Source of the DNA: a bacterium
GTDB lineage: Bacteria; Cyanobacteriota; Vampirovibrionia; Gastranaerophilales; JBAXKC01
Length of the DNA: 64,000 nucleotides
Direction of reading: 5' to 3'
Assembly: GCA_037137535.1 (NCBI GenBank)
Contig: JBAXKC010000008.1
Span: 1 to 64,000, forward strand
Shown here: positions 59,787 to 64,000 of the stretch, one piece after another
How the letters are laid out: each line of letters starts with the position of its first letter
How positions within the stretch are numbered: the stretch's first letter is position 1
The notes under the pieces: model-generated
The model's database searches: none
What the model was told of the DNA's origin: nothing
The model's input: the letters and a program-made list of their open reading frames with translations, nothing else
Translations under genes and position numbers: made by a program

Positions 59787-61064
59787 GTGATTGTAGAAAT
59801 TTTATGTATCGGAGAAGAATTACTCTCTGGTAAAACAATTAATTCAAATTCAGCCTATCTTTCTGAAAAAATGGAAAATATAGGACATGAAGTTTTATAT
59901 CATTCTGTAGTTGGTGATAATCCGAAGCGTATATTTGAATGTTTGGATATAGCTTTAGAAAGAGCTGATATAATTCTCATAACAGGTGGTCTAGGTCCTA
60001 CTGATGATGATTTGACAATAGAAACATTGGCTGAATATTTAGGACTTACGTTAATTTTTCATCAATCTATCTTAGATAAAATTGAATTAATATATAAAAA
60101 TACAGGTAGAACTGCAACAGAAATGTGCAAAAAACAAGCCTTAATCCCACAAAATGCTACAATTATATCTAATAATATCGGTACAGCAGCAGGTGTTTTA
60201 TTAGAGTTTAAAGAAAATAAAAGACTGAATAAAAAATATAATTCCACAAAAATTATTGCGGCTTATCCAGGAGTTCCATATGAAATGAAGGATATGTGGG
60301 AAACTCAATCGGAGCAGTTCTTTAAAAATAAAGCTACTAACATAACAATAGTCAAAGACTTAAAGTTTATAGGTATTCCGGAAGCAAAACTAGCTGAAAA
60401 AGTCAAAGATATACTTCAACAAGAAAATCCGACTGTAGCTCCTTATGTTTCAGCAGGAGAAGTAACGTTAAGGATAAAATCTAAAGCTATTTATGAGAGT
60501 GAAGCTCAATTATTATTAAATCAAACAGAAGAAAAAATATTAAATAAAGCAAATGAATTTTATTATGGATTTAATGATAATTCTTTAGAAGAAATTATTG
60601 GAAACCTGTTAAGTAAAAATAATTTAACTTTATCAATTGCAGAGTCTTGTACAGGCGGATTATTAAGTTCTAAACTTACTGATGTAAGCGGTAGTTCGAA
60701 ATATATTTTTTTAAATTTAGTAAGCTATTCAAATGAAGCAAAAAAACAAATGCTTGGAGTAAAAAATGAAACACTTGAAAAATATGGAGCGGTCAGCAAA
60801 GAAACAGTAACTGAAATGGCTCAAGGTATAAGAAAACTTGCCAATACTGATATAGGAGTTGCAATTAGCGGTATAGCAGGCCCTACTGGTGGCACAGAAA
60901 ATAAACAGGTAGGTCTTATTTATTTAGCTATAGAGATTAATAACAAAATTGAAACCTATGAAATCAAGATTTCCAATAAATTTAATCGAATTCAAATAAA
61001 AGAAAGAGCCGCAAAACAAGCCTTGAATTTCTTGAGAAAATCAATTTTAAATTATTTAGGTTAA
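59787..61064 (+). CDS. cinA: Competence/damage-inducible protein A (MoCF-like plus PncC domains)
   Basis: IGEELLSG, TGGLGPT.DD.T, PGVP.EM, AESCTGG, GAVS.E....MA.G, SGIAGP.GG. Confidence 0.95.
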   Translation: MIVEILCIGEELLSGKTINSNSAYLSEKMENIGHEVLYHSVVGDNPKRIFECLDIALERADIILITGGLGPTDDDLTIETLAEYLGLTLIFHQSILDKIELIYKNTGRTATEMCKKQALIPQNATIISNNIGTAAGVLLEFKENKRLNKKYNSTKIIAAYPGVPYEMKDMWETQSEQFFKNKATNITIVKDLKFIGIPEAKLAEKVKDILQQENPTVAPYVSAGEVTLRIKSKAIYESEAQLLLNQTEEKILNKANEFYYGFNDNSLEEIIGNLLSKNNLTLSIAESCTGGLLSSKLTDVSGSSKYIFLNLVSYSNEAKKQMLGVKNETLEKYGAVSKETVTEMAQGIRKLANTDIGVAISGIAGPTGGTENKQVGLIYLAIEINNKIETYEIKISNKFNRIQIKERAAKQALNFLRKSILNYLG

Positions 61065-61108
61065 ATCTATATTTTGCCCCCTTTTATTTATTTAATCAAT
61101 AAGTTAAT

Positions 61109-62185
61109 ATGAATAAAGATAATAAAGTTGAGGCTTTAATGAACAAATTGAATCCATTTAGCAACATTAAAAAAGTAAAAGCTAATATTACTATGAGCAT
61201 GCTTGCTGTGTCAGTAGTAGTTGCTTGTGTTGTGGGAACTGTATGTATTCTGAAAAGCAATGAAATCATAATTAGAGAGTCAAAAAAATTAATTGTAATA
61301 AATGCACAAAATGAATCAGGTAAAATTTATAAAGACTTTTTAAAAGTTGAAAAATCAGTAGATAATCTTTCAAATGTAGTAACAGGCTCTATTGAATCTA
61401 AAAATCTTACTAATTCTTCCTATATGAAAAATTACGATAAATTACTCGTTGTAATTACTCAAGAATTTGCTAAAAATACTGATTGGAACATGAGCTCATA
61501 TATTTATTTTGTTCCAGATGTTACTAAAGGAATATACGGAGCTTGGGTTGTTTATGATCCTAAAACTGATAGTTTTAAAAATATACCTGATATTGCGATG
61601 AAAAATGAATTTAAAGCAAGTAATAAAAATTTTGTTTGGTATTACAATGCAATCAATGCTAAGAAAGGTGTATGGACAAACCTTTATCTTGATAATGATT
61701 TAAAAACACCAATGATTTCCTATTCAAAACCTATAAAAATAAAGAATAAAATATCAGCTGTTATTGGAATGGATATATCTGTTGAAAATTTAAACAGAAT
61801 GGTTAAAAATATCAAACTTTACAAAGAAAATGAGTGTTTACTAATTGATAATAATTATAATATTATTGCAAACAATGAAAATTACACAAATAAAGACAAC
61901 TTGAAAGAAATAGAAAATGGCAAATATAAATATTTAATAGAACAATCTAAAAATAAAAAGACGGGGTTAGCTACATATAAAGATGATGGCGTAGAAAAAT
62001 TTGCATCCTATTCAACTTTACCTAATGGTTATAAATTATTCTTATCAGTACCTGTTTCCGAAGTATTAAAAGCAATGATTGAATTAAGAATATTGCTTAT
62101 TTTAATAATTATCCTAGTAATTATTATAGTTGATGTTTTCGCCATTGGATTTGTTAATAGTTTATTAGAAACAGACGAAGATTAA
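61109..62185 (+). CDS. Stand-alone dCache sensor-domain membrane protein
   Basis: TM1, WYYNA....G.WT..Y.D, MISYSKPI, VIGMDI, LID....IIA, TM2; ends ~8 aa after TM2. Confidence 0.8.
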   Translation: MNKDNKVEALMNKLNPFSNIKKVKANITMSMLAVSVVVACVVGTVCILKSNEIIIRESKKLIVINAQNESGKIYKDFLKVEKSVDNLSNVVTGSIESKNLTNSSYMKNYDKLLVVITQEFAKNTDWNMSSYIYFVPDVTKGIYGAWVVYDPKTDSFKNIPDIAMKNEFKASNKNFVWYYNAINAKKGVWTNLYLDNDLKTPMISYSKPIKIKNKISAVIGMDISVENLNRMVKNIKLYKENECLLIDNNYNIIANNENYTNKDNLKEIENGKYKYLIEQSKNKKTGLATYKDDGVEKFASYSTLPNGYKLFLSVPVSEVLKAMIELRILLILIIILVIIIVDVFAIGFVNSLLETDED

Positions 62186-62208
62186 ATTTTTTCAATAAAG
62201 ACTTATAT

Positions 62209-62261
62209 AAAATAAAAAGCATCCTGAAATTATTGAATAAATACAGGATGCTTTTTATTTT
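62209..62261. terminator. Bidirectional terminator
   Basis: AAAATAAAAAGCATCCTG...CAGGATGCTTTTTATTTT between convergent genes. Confidence 0.8.
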
Positions 62262-62288
62262 GCTACTAAATATTTAGTTCTTTACATG

Positions 62289-62552
62289 CTAAATATTTAA
62301 AAATTTTTGCCCTTTAAATTTCTCTGCCAATCCACACTCTGAAAGAATAAATAATTTTTGATAATTATAAAGACCGCTATAAGTCTCTTTAACCAGAACA
62401 TTTCCTGAGTAGGGGTCAGTTCCTATTACCAATAATTTCCTCTCAAATTTCCCACCTGAATCTAAATTCACTTCATAATTACTACTCTGCAGATACTTTT
62501 GTTGAGCCTTTGATAACTTAAGTGGGTTGGTGCATCTCCTGGTATTTTGCAT
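62289..62552 (-). CDS. Hypothetical protein
   Basis: 87-aa ORF, RBS GAAAGGT, terminator downstream. Confidence 0.6.
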   Translation of the reverse strand: MQNTRRCTNPLKLSKAQQKYLQSSNYEVNLDSGGKFERKLLVIGTDPYSGNVLVKETYSGLYNYQKLFILSECGLAEKFKGQKFLNI

Positions 62553-62664
62553 TGCGCTACCCTTTCTTTAATTTATCCTTAAATATTCTATTTTTATCAC
62601 ACTAAAACTAAACTCACATTTTAATACTACACTATCCTTCCTGTTGCTTAAAAAATTAGTTTCT

Positions 62665-62708
62665 AAAAAATTAACACTTCTGTAAACAAAACGATACAAA
62701 AGTGTTAA
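62665..62708 (-). terminator. Probable terminator hairpin after the 83-aa gene
   Basis: TTAACACTTTTGTA...TACAGAAGTGTTAA then a T-run on the - strand. Confidence 0.5.
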
Positions 62709-62762
62709 CTTTCTGTAATATTAAAACTCTAGCAAAATTTACATGATAAAGTTAAGGATTGA

Positions 62763-63014
62763 TTATTTACTGGGGAAATAATCGCAAATCCTTTTTTCTT
62801 GCTTACTAAATTTAATGTTACGAAATAAATTAAGTAACTTTCCTTTAGTTTGTGAATCACTAAGTTTTTTTCTCAGGCATGCTCTCTGAATAATTAATCT
62901 ATTGTACATCTTGGATGATTCTTCTGAAGAATCGACCTTACTTTTTAATAAATTAATTTGATATGTCAGATGCTTAATTGAGGCTTTAATTTCTTCTGTT
63001 GTTTTTTTGCTCAT
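62763..63014 (-). CDS. Small basic coiled-coil hypothetical protein
   Basis: 83-aa ORF with a helical-hairpin pattern. Confidence 0.55.
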   Translation of the reverse strand: MSKKTTEEIKASIKHLTYQINLLKSKVDSSEESSKMYNRLIIQRACLRKKLSDSQTKGKLLNLFRNIKFSKQEKRICDYFPSK

Positions 63015-63247
63015 AAACAGACGTAATAACCCCTTAAACGTTAATAGTACAACCAGAATTTTTGAGAATTGAATCTAACCTATGTTAAAATATTTATAGT
63101 ATATTAAAATAATAGAATAGCAAGCAGCTTATTTGTTCCCCTAAATGGGCGATAGAATAGAAATTTACACTAAAAAAATTAATTTTTACATGTAAATCGT
63201 TTATTATATCTAAATAGACAATATAATTCAAAGAAAGTGATGATGAA

Positions 63248-64000
63248 TTGAAAATTTTAATTATACGATTAAGTGCAATAGGCGATGTAGTCCACTCCTT
63301 GCCCATACTTCATTCATTAAGACGCAAATTTGCTGATGCACAGATAGATTGGATAGTTGAAGATAAATCATGTGACTTACTTGTCAACAATCCATTGATT
63401 GATAACGTAATTATTGTGCCAAAGAGCCAATGGAAAAAACGTGGTTATTCATTAAAAAACATTTCAGAATACTTTGATGTAATAAAAAGAATTAGACACG
63501 AAAAATATGACATTGCCATAGATTTACAAGAACTTTATAAAAGTGCCTCTCTTGCTTTTTTTAGCGGTGCAAAAAGAAGAATTGGACACAAAGGAACAAG
63601 AGAGTTTGCAGATTGGTTTGTAAACGAAAAACTTCCATATCTTGATACATTTGATCCAAATAAAAAAATTATAGAAAGATATTTAGAACCTGCTGCATAT
63701 TTAGGCGCTCCTATCGATGAAGTAAAATTTTCACTACCGCCTATAGATGAGGAAACAGTAAAGTATGTCGATACTTTGCTTGCTAATATTGATAAATCTA
63801 AACCATTAACAATAATTTCACCTGCAACAATTTGGGAAACAAAACATTGGATTGAAGACCATTGGGCTGAATTTATCAACCTTGCTGATGAAAAAACAAA
63901 TATAATTTTTTCTGGAATCGAAAAAGATAATGAATTAATCAATAGAATTATCAGCAAAACAAATAGAAGAAACTATTTATCAATTGCTGGTAAAACTGAT
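63248..64000 (+). CDS. LPS heptosyltransferase (GT9, WaaC/WaaF family), truncated by the window end
   Basis: TTG start; KILIIRLSAIGDVVHSLP, IDWIVE, YDIAIDLQ, ISPATIWETKHW, AGKT; absent from the ORF track because it has no stop in the window. Confidence 0.9.
   Translation, partial: MKILIIRLSAIGDVVHSLPILHSLRRKFADAQIDWIVEDKSCDLLVNNPLIDNVIIVPKSQWKKRGYSLKNISEYFDVIKRIRHEKYDIAIDLQELYKSASLAFFSGAKRRIGHKGTREFADWFVNEKLPYLDTFDPNKKIIERYLEPAAYLGAPIDEVKFSLPPIDEETVKYVDTLLANIDKSKPLTIISPATIWETKHWIEDHWAEFINLADEKTNIIFSGIEKDNELINRIISKTNRRNYLSIAGKTD

Noticed and set aside
63094-63957. Minus-strand ORFs 63094-63306 and 63535-63957
   Set aside because: Antisense shadows of the + strand heptosyltransferase starting at 63248

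Overview
AT-rich bacterial chromosomal window, probably from a non-photosynthetic cyanobacterial relative (Melainabacteria/Vampirovibrionia, Gastranaerophilales-like). That assignment is an inference from the Ycf45-like AAA/R3H gene, a TrbI-like exported protein and lineage-typical low-complexity proteins. The centre (~15-46 kb) is a large surface-glycan locus: gmd-fcl; pseB-pseC followed by an unusual nonulosonic-acid tailoring cassette; methyltransferases and glycosyltransferases; a GmhB fusion; msbA; and rml genes. It is flanked by housekeeping genes (nnr, anmK, fba, acpS, tmk, speD, birA, lipoate ligase, frameshifted larC, cinA, a heptosyltransferase) and by lineage-specific hypotheticals. 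No rRNA, tRNA, CRISPR array or transposase was recognised. The most striking unexplained signal is non-coding. A candidate ~70-nt + strand sRNA at 7913-7984 (5' hairpin, C-rich anti-SD tract, strand-specific terminator) has a 21-nt motif that recurs three times 50 kb away (58594-58780). Those copies lie in the ~460-nt G-rich leader of a 95-aa gene on the - strand, and each overlaps an SD+AUG micro-ORF. A shared GCAA-N15-(TT)GTTTATATA promoter-like motif links that gene to other lineage-specific genes. Other points of note: a -1 frameshift in larC, a likely ATT start codon, a TTACGT operator array next to a coiled-coil/winged-helix gene, and a TIM-barrel/GNAT fusion where PseG/PseH would be expected.
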